This document shows, in pieces, positions 18,406-26,832 of a stretch of DNA of 63,098 nt. The stretch lies in NCBI GenBank assembly GCA_021803245.1, contig JAJZLT010000016.1, positions 1 to 63,098 of the forward strand, in the 5' to 3' direction. The translations under genes were made by a program, and so were the position numbers. The stretch comes from Candidatus Micrarchaeota archaeon. GTDB lineage: Archaea > Micrarchaeota > Micrarchaeia > Micrarchaeales > CABMGC01. Each line of letters begins with the position of its first letter. Positions within the stretch are counted from its first letter, which is position 1. Under the pieces are notes generated by a model. The model was not told the origin of the DNA. It saw nothing but the letters and a program-made list of their open reading frames with translations, and ran no database searches.

Positions 18406-19131
18406 GTGGCTGAAGATGTAAATATTACTCCACGGGTTGAGAAAGCAGAGTTCCAAGCGCATATTACTGGAAGTATGCAGGATTTGGCTGCAGAGATCAA
18501 GAAAGTACCTTTTTATTCTGTAAGCGTTTCTGAAAATGAGCTTTTTGCCGTGATGGTAGAGAGCAGGAATATAAAGAAGAGGCCATACCTATTTCACATC
18601 ATGCACTTTTCTGAGAACAAGCTTACGCTTATATATTCGATAGTGCAGGATAGCAGCGAAGACATGAGACGGGCTACGGTGCTCAGATATGCCTCCTCTT
18701 TGCTTTCTATGGTCTCAGACCGTTGTCAGGTCGACCAGGGCTCTTTCTATCAGTACATTGACTCTGTGCTTGGAAACATACTGACCGGCATTTCGCAGCC
18801 ATTCAGCGCACTTTTCAATAAGTACGGTTCGCTTGTCTCGGAGTATAGGGAAGTGAAGAGGATAAATCTAGAGCTTTCAGCCTCAAACAGGAATCTCACG
18901 CTGCAAAGCTCGAAGCTGGATGAAGAGAACAAGAAACTCAATGCACAGCTGGAGAAGCTGGAGACATATTCTGACGAATCGCTCATGGCCATGGTGCAGG
19001 ATTGGCTGGAGGTGCACAACAGCACCATAGAGGTTAATGATTTCGCGAAAAACCACGGCATCTCTGCGCCGCGGGTGGAGCAGATACTTGATAAGATGGT
19101 TTCGAGGGGTTATCTGGAACTGAAGAGCTGA
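18406..19131 (+). CDS. Cytoplasmic coiled-coil protein with C-terminal wHTH-like region (241 aa)
   Basis: GTG start. Heptad-like LELSASNRNLTLQSSKLDEENKKLNAQLEKLE. C-terminus FAKNHGISAPRVEQILDKMVSRGYLELK. Confidence 0.55.
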   Translation: MAEDVNITPRVEKAEFQAHITGSMQDLAAEIKKVPFYSVSVSENELFAVMVESRNIKKRPYLFHIMHFSENKLTLIYSIVQDSSEDMRRATVLRYASSLLSMVSDRCQVDQGSFYQYIDSVLGNILTGISQPFSALFNKYGSLVSEYREVKRINLELSASNRNLTLQSSKLDEENKKLNAQLEKLETYSDESLMAMVQDWLEVHNSTIEVNDFAKNHGISAPRVEQILDKMVSRGYLELKS

Positions 19132-19135
19132 GCTT

Positions 19136-19282
19136 ATGGAATATAAATTTGTCGTAAACAAGCAGTACAAATACATGCGCATATACAATATAGTAAAGAA
19201 GGTCAGCGGAAACCCCAATATAATCTCAAAGGCAATACAGTCGCTTGTTGACAAATACATAGTCAAGAAGAAACCGCTTTGA
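19136..19282 (+). CDS. Possible 48-aa lysine-rich small protein (not in the ORF track)
   Basis: Hand translation gives MEYKFVVNKQYKYMRIYNIVKKVSGNPNIISKAIQSLVDKYIVKKKPL. It exactly fills the gap between two genes. Confidence 0.3.
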   Translation: MEYKFVVNKQYKYMRIYNIVKKVSGNPNIISKAIQSLVDKYIVKKKPL

Positions 19283-19299
19283 CATTCACACTGGTCTTT

Positions 19300-21693
19300 A
19301 TGCCGTCTAAAAAGTTAATAGTTGCGATAATAATTATCGTGGCTGTGCTTGCAGCAATAATGTATTTGTACTTGAGGAACGCCCTATCCATAGCGTCAAT
19401 AATAGGCCAGTATGGCATAAAGCCGACCGGCCGCATAAGCGAGCTTATAGGCGTATCTCAGACTGGCATCGCCAGCTACAATAATGCCCAGTCGTTTGTC
19501 TCATTTGGGATAGTGCACTACAATCTGACCAATGCAAGCTACATGAATCTTTCACTGATTACGTACAAGAATAATCCTGTGCAGCAGATATACCTGCTTG
19601 ACACAGGAAGCTCGTGCATGAACTGCATAAACGACCAATCGCTTTATGTTGCGCTTCTTGCTGATCTGAAGAAATATGATGCTGTGCAGAATAGCAGCTA
19701 CGTACATTACATCACATTCAGCGAACTGGGCGGGATAGTAAACAACTCCATAATAATAATACCATCCGGGCTGATGCCTGCAAGCCTGCTGCCTGGAACA
19801 GGCTTCAACTCAAGCGGAAGCAACATTACCATAATTAACATGCTTAACAGGGGAGACACAATAATATACATAGGCAGAAACTTCTCACAGATGGATAACA
19901 ATGGAGAGGTTTATATCACACCATCAGTAACAAGCGGATATCTGAATGCTACAGGGTTGGAGAGCACGGCTTTCCCGCCAGGCATAAATACATCGATAAA
20001 TGGCTCGCGCCTCTATTTCAATTCTTCTCAGTTTCAGTTTCTGAAAGGGAAACTGTACGGGCCGCTGAGCTACGTTGCTGCTGAAAACGGAAGCATTGTG
20101 TCATTTGGCAACTATCCCAGCTATGCATGGCAGAATATAAGCGCAGCCGCAAGCGACCTTTCCACGGTGCTCATGCAGCGCTTTTGGATGACCACCTTCC
20201 TTATAGGAAACGACAACCTTAACTTCAGCGCTGAAGTCTACGGAAACCATAGGAGCGTGGGAGGCTTCACTGACATAATATCGCTGCAGAAAACTCTTGG
20301 CCTGGCAAATTCCTCGCTTGTCAAGTCGCTTGTCAGCGGCTCATATTCCATGCTATATATAAAGACCGGAAACTACAATGGCTCCAGGACAACATATACA
20401 GAAATCCCTGTGACAATAACCCTTTCCAACAGCGCTCTCTTCAGCCTTCCTGCAGTAATTGGCGCAACTTCTACTGTGCCCATATACGTAAACCTGCTGA
20501 ACAAGTCATTGAATTCTGTCGCCTTCCATATCGATGTGTATACCTCTACGCTAGGCTACGTCTACAGCATACCGATAGGCTTCTTTAACACTTCGCTTGA
20601 GATAGTGAAGTATTACAATTTCAACCTGCCTACAGGCTATTACATTGGCTTCCTCAGGAGCATTTATGGGCAGAGCTACGGCAGCGTACTGTTCCAGGTG
20701 CTGGGCCTGAACGTCACCCCGATAAATTTGAACTTCCAGAAAGGGGTGTTCGCTTTTGAAATTTACAGCGACGGGCAGCCTGTGAACGAAGTGCCTTACC
20801 AGATCAGCATCAACAATGCATATCCTGAGAACGGAACTGTGAAAGATGGCATTATAAACTACTCCCTGCCTAAAGGCGTGCAGATCGCCCACGGCAATCA
20901 GGTATTCACTTTTTACACTCTTAACAGTACTTATACATACTCCGTGCTCTATGCCTCGCCGACGCAAATCTCGCCGTTCTACATTGAAGTTGCGATTGCC
21001 CTTGTTGCAATAATACTGCTCAACCTCGTGGCCAAGGCTCCTACGCGGGATGAGTATTATGTAGATGTGCCCACATTTCCGCCTAATACGAAGACAGAAG
21101 TCAAGGTGGATTCCAGCGCTATCATCAACCTTTTTGACACGGTAAATTATTACTATCACTGGAAATACATGCCTCTCACAGCCGAAGAGATAAAGAGCGG
21201 CATAGGGAGCAATCTGAGGTACAACAGCATGCCTATCTCAATAACCCTGCAGAATACACTTGAGGTGCTTGACAGGCTGTCCGTAAGCGGGAGCCTGGAT
21301 TCAAAATACGGATACTACATGCCTAAGAGGTGGAGGGACTCTTCCGGCCGTGATATAGAATACCTTGTGGTCTTCAGGAAGCTCAGGGATTATTGCGTTT
21401 CGCATGCGATGCTCTTCACAGAGATAGATTCAATTGAAAATGCTGACATGCTCGTAACCAAGGGCGGCATCCAGACGTATGTGTTCATATATTCGGCACT
21501 TTCCAGTACAAGGAAGATACATATCTCTTCCGGCAACAGGGCCGTGCTTGTATTTATAGACCAGGAAAGGAAAGCAGAATTCCTAGACAGGCTTTATGCT
21601 GCGGAAGGCAATGATGCTGAGCTTATGAAGATGGGCATAGCATGCTCGTACATAAAGCTGATAAGCACAGAAAACCTGGACCAGATAATTTAG
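19300..21693 (+). CDS. Large bitopic surface protein: N-terminal TM, about 540-aa sequon-rich ectodomain, second TM, about 210-aa cytoplasmic domain
   Basis: ATG at 19300 (MPSKKLIVAIIIIVAVLAAI) is preferred over the TTG at 19279. I count about 23 N-x-S/T sequons in the ectodomain. Second TM is FYIEVAIALVAIILLNLVA. Confidence 0.7.
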   Translation: MPSKKLIVAIIIIVAVLAAIMYLYLRNALSIASIIGQYGIKPTGRISELIGVSQTGIASYNNAQSFVSFGIVHYNLTNASYMNLSLITYKNNPVQQIYLLDTGSSCMNCINDQSLYVALLADLKKYDAVQNSSYVHYITFSELGGIVNNSIIIIPSGLMPASLLPGTGFNSSGSNITIINMLNRGDTIIYIGRNFSQMDNNGEVYITPSVTSGYLNATGLESTAFPPGINTSINGSRLYFNSSQFQFLKGKLYGPLSYVAAENGSIVSFGNYPSYAWQNISAAASDLSTVLMQRFWMTTFLIGNDNLNFSAEVYGNHRSVGGFTDIISLQKTLGLANSSLVKSLVSGSYSMLYIKTGNYNGSRTTYTEIPVTITLSNSALFSLPAVIGATSTVPIYVNLLNKSLNSVAFHIDVYTSTLGYVYSIPIGFFNTSLEIVKYYNFNLPTGYYIGFLRSIYGQSYGSVLFQVLGLNVTPINLNFQKGVFAFEIYSDGQPVNEVPYQISINNAYPENGTVKDGIINYSLPKGVQIAHGNQVFTFYTLNSTYTYSVLYASPTQISPFYIEVAIALVAIILLNLVAKAPTRDEYYVDVPTFPPNTKTEVKVDSSAIINLFDTVNYYYHWKYMPLTAEEIKSGIGSNLRYNSMPISITLQNTLEVLDRLSVSGSLDSKYGYYMPKRWRDSSGRDIEYLVVFRKLRDYCVSHAMLFTEIDSIENADMLVTKGGIQTYVFIYSALSSTRKIHISSGNRAVLVFIDQERKAEFLDRLYAAEGNDAELMKMGIACSYIKLISTENLDQII

Positions 21694-21791
21694 GATAACA
21701 CATAGCGCTATATTAATAGCTGAGAAGGGCTTGCCAGTGGCTTAAGGCGGCGTTATGCTTCCGATTTTTGCCTGCCGGTGCATGAATTGCG

Positions 21792-23504
21792 TCAATCCTC
21801 TTCTTCCCTTTCTGCTCCGCCCTTTTTCTCCTTCCTCTCTTTGCCGTTATCGTTCTCTTCGCCTTCAGGTACAGTATCCTGTTGGATATCAGGCGCCTCA
21901 AAAAGCGATTTATACTTTCTCTCTATAAGAGATTTTAGCTGTTCTTCTATCTTTTCCTGCTTTATCGCAGTGATATCGCTCAGGTCTTTTGAGAGCTGGC
22001 TGACATAGCGCATTATTGTCTTGTATCTTGATTCCTGCGCCTTCATGTTCCTTACGCCGCTTATGTACCGCTGCACTGTCCTGCCGCAGTCCATTACTGC
22101 AAGCTTTATTTCCTCTATTATCTCTTCTTCCTGGGCTATGGCCTGCTTTCCCACCCCTGAGTACGGAACATAGACGCTCGAAACGTTTACCATGACGCTT
22201 ATTGGCTCCTCATCGAAATTCGCTATCCCGTACCTCTTCCATTGTATTGTCTTTACAGCATCAGTTATAGCGCAGTTTGAAGCGTCAAAGAGAAGTGGAA
22301 CCTTGTTTGCAAATCTTAGCACATTTCCTTCCGCGAGCGGAGATTCCTCGCCCAGCGGTCTTGTCTCGTCGGTTTTCTTCTCCTTGACCTCCTTGCCTGC
22401 GCCGCCGCCGTAGGCTATGCCTGCTTCTACCACAAAGGGCACGCCGCCCTTGAAGACCTTCGGCTTCCTCTCTATGACGCTCTGGAAGGTAGGATTAAGT
22501 ATATTCTTTATCGCAACGCCCATCTGCTTCTCTCCTATGGTGGAGAGCGAATCGAGTTCCGGGGCGATCCATTTTATCTGCTTGAATGCTCTTACAAGCT
22601 TCTCTGCATCGTCCCATTTCATCTGGTGCGGGTCCATCTCGAAATTTATCCCCTGCTCCACCGCCTTTAACTCGGCAATCTTTCCCTGGCTGATCCTTGA
22701 AAATGTCTCCATGAGAAAAGCGGATAATTTTCTGCTCTCGCTCCTATGCGCAAACTCTATCAGGTCATTTGTGCCTATGCCCAATGGATGCGGCTTTATC
22801 TGCTTGGGCTTGCTCGGCATCTCCTCGGTGCTGCGCATGAAGATGATCTCCTTCCCTTCAGGGTCGAGCAGCTTTATGCTTGCATGCGGATTGGAGAGCG
22901 CAGTCCTTTTAAGATATTCATATACGCCGTGATCGCTGTTCTCGTATTTCACATCTCCGAATTCGCCGTAGATGGAGGTTCCATGCATCCCTTCCTTTGC
23001 CCCGGAGTTTGCCATGCCGCTTATTATGGGCTTATTGCCTTTTATGTCGATGGTTATATCGCATTCATACCCTTCCTTCGATGTAAATGCGCTGACGTGT
23101 ATTGGCTTGCCGGTGGTGATTTGCGAATATAAGGTACACCCGGACGCCCCGATGCCCTGCTGCCCGCGCTGTTGCACATATCTGTTGAATTTTGTGCCGG
23201 CAAGAACAGTGGCGAGGGCCTTGCCTACATGCTTTGATGGTATTCCGGGCCCATTATCGCTGACTTTTACAGAATACTTGTCTTCGTCCAGCTGCCTGAT
23301 CTCTACGGAGATCTCAGGAAGTATGCCTGCTTCTTCGCACGCATCCAGGCTGTTGCTTACGTACTCATGCACTATTGTTGTGAGCGAACGCACCCTGCCC
23401 GAATAGCCCAGCATCTGGCTGTTTCTCCTGAAGAATTCAGAGATGGAGTGTTCCTTGAACTGTTTGAAAATTTCATCTGCAGATACCTGCTTGTCTTCAG
23501 CCAA
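21792..23504 (-). CDS. top6B: DNA topoisomerase VI subunit B
   Basis: GHKL ATPase motifs (LTTIVHEYVSNSLDACEEAG, DNGPGIP, GQQGIGASG) and typical Top6B length and layout. Confidence 0.9.
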   Translation of the reverse strand: MAEDKQVSADEIFKQFKEHSISEFFRRNSQMLGYSGRVRSLTTIVHEYVSNSLDACEEAGILPEISVEIRQLDEDKYSVKVSDNGPGIPSKHVGKALATVLAGTKFNRYVQQRGQQGIGASGCTLYSQITTGKPIHVSAFTSKEGYECDITIDIKGNKPIISGMANSGAKEGMHGTSIYGEFGDVKYENSDHGVYEYLKRTALSNPHASIKLLDPEGKEIIFMRSTEEMPSKPKQIKPHPLGIGTNDLIEFAHRSESRKLSAFLMETFSRISQGKIAELKAVEQGINFEMDPHQMKWDDAEKLVRAFKQIKWIAPELDSLSTIGEKQMGVAIKNILNPTFQSVIERKPKVFKGGVPFVVEAGIAYGGGAGKEVKEKKTDETRPLGEESPLAEGNVLRFANKVPLLFDASNCAITDAVKTIQWKRYGIANFDEEPISVMVNVSSVYVPYSGVGKQAIAQEEEIIEEIKLAVMDCGRTVQRYISGVRNMKAQESRYKTIMRYVSQLSKDLSDITAIKQEKIEEQLKSLIERKYKSLFEAPDIQQDTVPEGEENDNGKERKEKKGGAEREEED

Positions 23505-23508
23505 TAAA

Positions 23509-24009
23509 TCAACCCTTTAGCCTAAAATCGCGCCGCTTGCGCTCCATTATCCTGTATGCTTTTTTGTGCGTGCCGCCCTTCAGCAGAACATTAAGGGCAG
23601 TAACAGCTATATCTATTTGCTCGACAGTGCCTATTACTCCGATAGTGTTTCCGTATATTGAAATTGATGCGCCGCTTACTTCCTGCATGTACTCCTTTGT
23701 CCTGCCGTTTCTTCCTATAACCCTTGCCTTTATTCTTCTTATCTGCGCCTCGTTTCTGAACAAATCCTTCAGATATACATACTTTGAGAAGTAGTCTTCC
23801 AGAAGAAGCTTTTCGGCCACCTTCATCTCAAATCCTCTCCCAAACGCCTGAATCACATTCTTCGCGTTGTATTCCTCGTATCCTGGTCCGCTTATCAGCA
23901 CAAGATTCTCTTCTTTGAGTTCCACTTTGCATCCGAGAGACTTGCTAACTTCATGCAGCATGCCTGCAAGCTCCTTTGCCCTTTTGTGGGGTATCAATAT
24001 TTGCTCCAT
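23509..24009 (-). CDS. KH-domain RNA-binding protein (aDim2/Pno1-like, COG1094 type)
   Basis: Two KH-like units. ARVIGRNGRTKEYMQEVSGASISIYGNTIGVIG. Confidence 0.7.
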   Translation of the reverse strand: MEQILIPHKRAKELAGMLHEVSKSLGCKVELKEENLVLISGPGYEEYNAKNVIQAFGRGFEMKVAEKLLLEDYFSKYVYLKDLFRNEAQIRRIKARVIGRNGRTKEYMQEVSGASISIYGNTIGVIGTVEQIDIAVTALNVLLKGGTHKKAYRIMERKRRDFRLKG

Positions 24010-24216
24010 TAAACCACAGGATTAGAGGCAATTTTATTATCGCAGCAAACTTCTTTATACATTATGCATCAGCACTTTACTTTACGCCGGTTTTATTGCA
24101 GCTTGGAGAAATCATATGCTTTGATGCACCCGCCACGGGCAACAGTACTTATAGCCAGGTACATCTTTCTTGTCAGATTAAACGTATCGATGCCAGTGGT
24201 GCTGGATCAGTAAAAA

Positions 24217-24867
24217 CTACGGAGGGCTCTTTAAATGCACAGGCAAAGCTACTGACGCAGTATAAAGCGCAACTACGCTTGCCAGGAAGATAAAGATCGA
24301 GAAAAGGATCACAAGCAGTATCCACGCAGAGCTCTTATTCTTTACCTTTGCTTCTGCCCTGTCTACCATTATTGTCAGCGGCCATCCCAATATCCCGGAT
24401 ATTCCAAAGAGGAGGAAAAGGCCAAGTACTCCGAGTGGAGACTGGGAGAGACGCAGATTGTACGCACTCGTGCCGTATATTATTGACATTATGCCCAATA
24501 AAAATCCCATGAAGCCGATGTACTGTATCTTCATGCCCTTGTATATGGACCATGCGCCTCCTATAAAAAGAAGGCCAACCAGTACGAATATATCATAATA
24601 AAGGATGTTATAGCTGCCAGGCAGTGGCCATGTGAACTGTCCGTAAAGGCTCGAGATGAAGGCATAGAAGCCCAGGAGCGCAAGCGGAATTGCACCGGAG
24701 CTTATTGCTGCTTCTGCGGATTTGCCTTTCCTGTACAAAAATATGCCGTGTATTATTATGTATAGAAGCGTGAGGCCCATGAAGCCTAGCGCAAAGAGTT
24801 GCGATGTTAGAATGTCAATATATGTCATAAAAAGGTAATGACTTAAAGCTTTAAAAAGCTTAGCCAT
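24217..24867 (-). CDS. Integral membrane protein, about 6 TM, unknown function
   Basis: Continuous hydrophobic segments and no catalytic motifs that I recognise. Confidence 0.6.
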   Translation of the reverse strand: MAKLFKALSHYLFMTYIDILTSQLFALGFMGLTLLYIIIHGIFLYRKGKSAEAAISSGAIPLALLGFYAFISSLYGQFTWPLPGSYNILYYDIFVLVGLLFIGGAWSIYKGMKIQYIGFMGFLLGIMSIIYGTSAYNLRLSQSPLGVLGLFLLFGISGILGWPLTIMVDRAEAKVKNKSSAWILLVILFSIFIFLASVVALYTASVALPVHLKSPP

Positions 24868-25132
24868 CAGGGCGCTATTTTACATAACTGGGTAATTATC
24901 TACAACTGCAAAAACCTAAGACAAATAAGTAGTGCATACGCCTGGATCGCATATTCTGCCTATGCTGCTGCGCGCAATCATGGAGATTTGAAGTTAGCAA
25001 AATTTCCTGCAGCTTAAAATCGAGGTCAATAAAGCCCAGTTTCTTGCAGGATTATGGCCTACGCTTTGCCTCTCGTCGCTTATTATATAGAGCCATGCGG
25101 ATTGAGAAAGATTTAAATACTTTTACATTCCT

Positions 25133-25220
25133 ATTATGATTCAATCATGATTCTTTCATGAAGTGTCCCTGTAAGGTTCATGGATGCTTCATGAAACGTT
25201 CATGTATGGTTCATGGAAGA
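25133..25220. promoter_or_regulatory. Eight-unit, 11-bp-phased degenerate tandem array (consensus TTCATG-N5) upstream of a wHTH gene
   Basis: Units start at 25133 attatg, 25144 atcatg, 25155 ttcatg, 25166 tccctg (degenerate), then 25177, 25188, 25199 and 25210, all ttcatg. Confidence 0.6.
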
Positions 25221-25238
25221 TTGTTGCTGGATGATAAA

Positions 25239-25754
25239 ATGGCTAGGCGCGGGGGACAGATAGAAAAGGAAATCAGGCACCTTAGAGAGGAGATACAGAA
25301 CCTCGCCACAAGAAAAAACACTATAGAGCAGGTAGCTGAGTCCGAAAGCGTGCCTTCGTCGCTTATAAAGTACATGACTGAGGAGCGGGAGAGGACAAAC
25401 AAGCTGCTGGCAAGCATAATGGAAAAAGTGAATGCCCTGCAGAAAGAGCTTGATACGCTGTACGGCGGAGAAGCGCAGGAGCAGCAGTATGCCGAGCAGC
25501 TGCAGGATAGCAGGGAAATACCGCTCTCTGAACTTGACACAAAGATCTTGAATTTTGTACAGTTGAAGGGGATGGTCTGCGCAGATGACGTTAGAACTTT
25601 TATGAAGTATAACGGTAGAAATGCCGCGTGCGCAAGGCTGAACAAGCTGCATAAAGATGGGCTTGTGGACAGGATCCAACTAGGTCACAAGGTTTATTAC
25701 AAATATGATGCTGGCAAGACGACCAATACGCTCATTATATCACCTCCACAGTAG
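25239..25754 (+). CDS. Coiled-coil plus C-terminal winged-helix (MarR/TrmB-like) DNA-binding protein
   Basis: ILNFVQLKGMVCADDVRTFMKYNGRNAACARLNKLHKDGLVDRIQLGHKVYYKY. ATG at 25239 (MARRGGQ) is preferred because the track's 25158 start lies inside the 11-bp array. Confidence 0.6.
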   Translation: MARRGGQIEKEIRHLREEIQNLATRKNTIEQVAESESVPSSLIKYMTEERERTNKLLASIMEKVNALQKELDTLYGGEAQEQQYAEQLQDSREIPLSELDTKILNFVQLKGMVCADDVRTFMKYNGRNAACARLNKLHKDGLVDRIQLGHKVYYKYDAGKTTNTLIISPPQ

Positions 25755-25850
25755 ATCTAAGGCCCGCGCAAGCGGGCCTTCTCTTCCTTTCCAATGGGCG
25801 TCTTTTTTATCGGCAGTTAGTGATAAAAGCTTTTCATTGGTAGTTTATTC

Positions 25851-26819
25851 ATGGACAATGTTTTTGTGCTATCCCATGCAAGCGATATCGACGGAGTAGC
25901 CAGTGCTGCGCTGATAAAGATAAGATTCGATGTGCCGCTGAAGAACATCTATTTCTCCACCTATTCTGAAGATGGATTGAAGTATGCAAAAGAACATATG
26001 CGGGCAAATGAAGTAAAGTGCCCTGTGCTCTTCATAACGGACATGGGTATCAATGAAAGGCTCACTGCTTTCTTTAAGGAGATATTGGAAAAATTCAGGG
26101 CTGAAAACGGGATGGTAATCTGGCTGGATCATCATATATGGTCTGATAAAGATATACGCGAAATTGCCGGCAAGTGCGATATCGCCATAGTGGGAGAGAA
26201 TCCGAAGTACTGCGCTACAGAAATAACCCGGAAGTTCCTTGGCCTTGAAGACATGTTTACCAAAAAACTGGCAGGAATAGTCCATTATTCTGACTTCAAC
26301 ATCACACCTAAAGACAGAGAAAAATACGATTTAATAGGAACATATGCCATCGCCATAACATATTACAATACGTTTGATTCGTGGAGCGGGAAGGTCGGCA
26401 GACTAAGAAAAATTACTGCGACGCTTGCTTCAGGAAGGCTTGCAAACGCTGCCATTAAGCGCGACAGGAAGATATTCGAGAGGCAGAACAATGCAAGGAT
26501 AAAAGCGATGCTCAAGAGCCTGCATTATCTTGGAAGCTATGCCGCCCTTGGATTTGCCGAAGACGTACAATCTACGCAAGCCTGCGCCGCGATAATGAAG
26601 GCGGGCGGGCGTGACGTAGGCATATACGTGAATACGAAAAGGGGCAAGGGAAGCATAAGAAGCGTGAAGCGAGACATTTCGGTGCTTGCAAGGAGGCTTG
26701 GCGGCAATGGACATCCGCACGCTGCCGGTTTCCAGATAGACACAAGGAAGTTTGACCTTGAAAATGAGGAAGGAAGGGAGAAGCTTCTAAAACTCATTGA
26801 AATGAAACTGAAGAAGTGA
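25851..26819 (+). CDS. DHH/DHHA1 family phosphoesterase (NrnA/RecJ-like)
   Basis: Motifs HASDIDGVAS, ITDMG, LDHH, and GGNGHPHAAGF (DHHA1). Confidence 0.8.
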   Translation: MDNVFVLSHASDIDGVASAALIKIRFDVPLKNIYFSTYSEDGLKYAKEHMRANEVKCPVLFITDMGINERLTAFFKEILEKFRAENGMVIWLDHHIWSDKDIREIAGKCDIAIVGENPKYCATEITRKFLGLEDMFTKKLAGIVHYSDFNITPKDREKYDLIGTYAIAITYYNTFDSWSGKVGRLRKITATLASGRLANAAIKRDRKIFERQNNARIKAMLKSLHYLGSYAALGFAEDVQSTQACAAIMKAGGRDVGIYVNTKRGKGSIRSVKRDISVLARRLGGNGHPHAAGFQIDTRKFDLENEEGREKLLKLIEMKLKK

Positions 26820-26832
26820 AGGCATCAGGAAG

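Noticed and set aside
212-21693. The ankyrin genes plus the ATPase locus as an integrative conjugative element inserted at tRNA-His.
   Set aside because: I found no integrase, relaxase, replication gene or direct repeat of the tRNA-His 3' end. The tRNA 3' end also points away from the locus, which is the wrong orientation for classical tRNA-targeted integration. An older, fully domesticated insertion cannot be excluded.
4614-21693. The locus as an archaeal type IV pilus or archaellum operon.
   Set aside because: The only ATPase has FtsK/HerA/VirB4-type motifs (GITGSGKS, DEAW, EGRKY), not the PilB/FlaI secretion-ATPase fold motifs. There is no FlaJ/TadC-like platform protein, no prepilin peptidase, and no class III signal peptides on the locus proteins.
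25158-25238. Cys/His-rich N-terminal extension (MKCPCKVHGCFMKRSCMVHG) of the wHTH protein as a possible zinc knuckle.
   Set aside because: The residues derive from an 11-bp DNA repeat. Its period is not a multiple of 3, so the apparent 11-aa spacing of VHG is a by-product. A DNA-level function with a start at 25239 is more parsimonious. This remains unproven.
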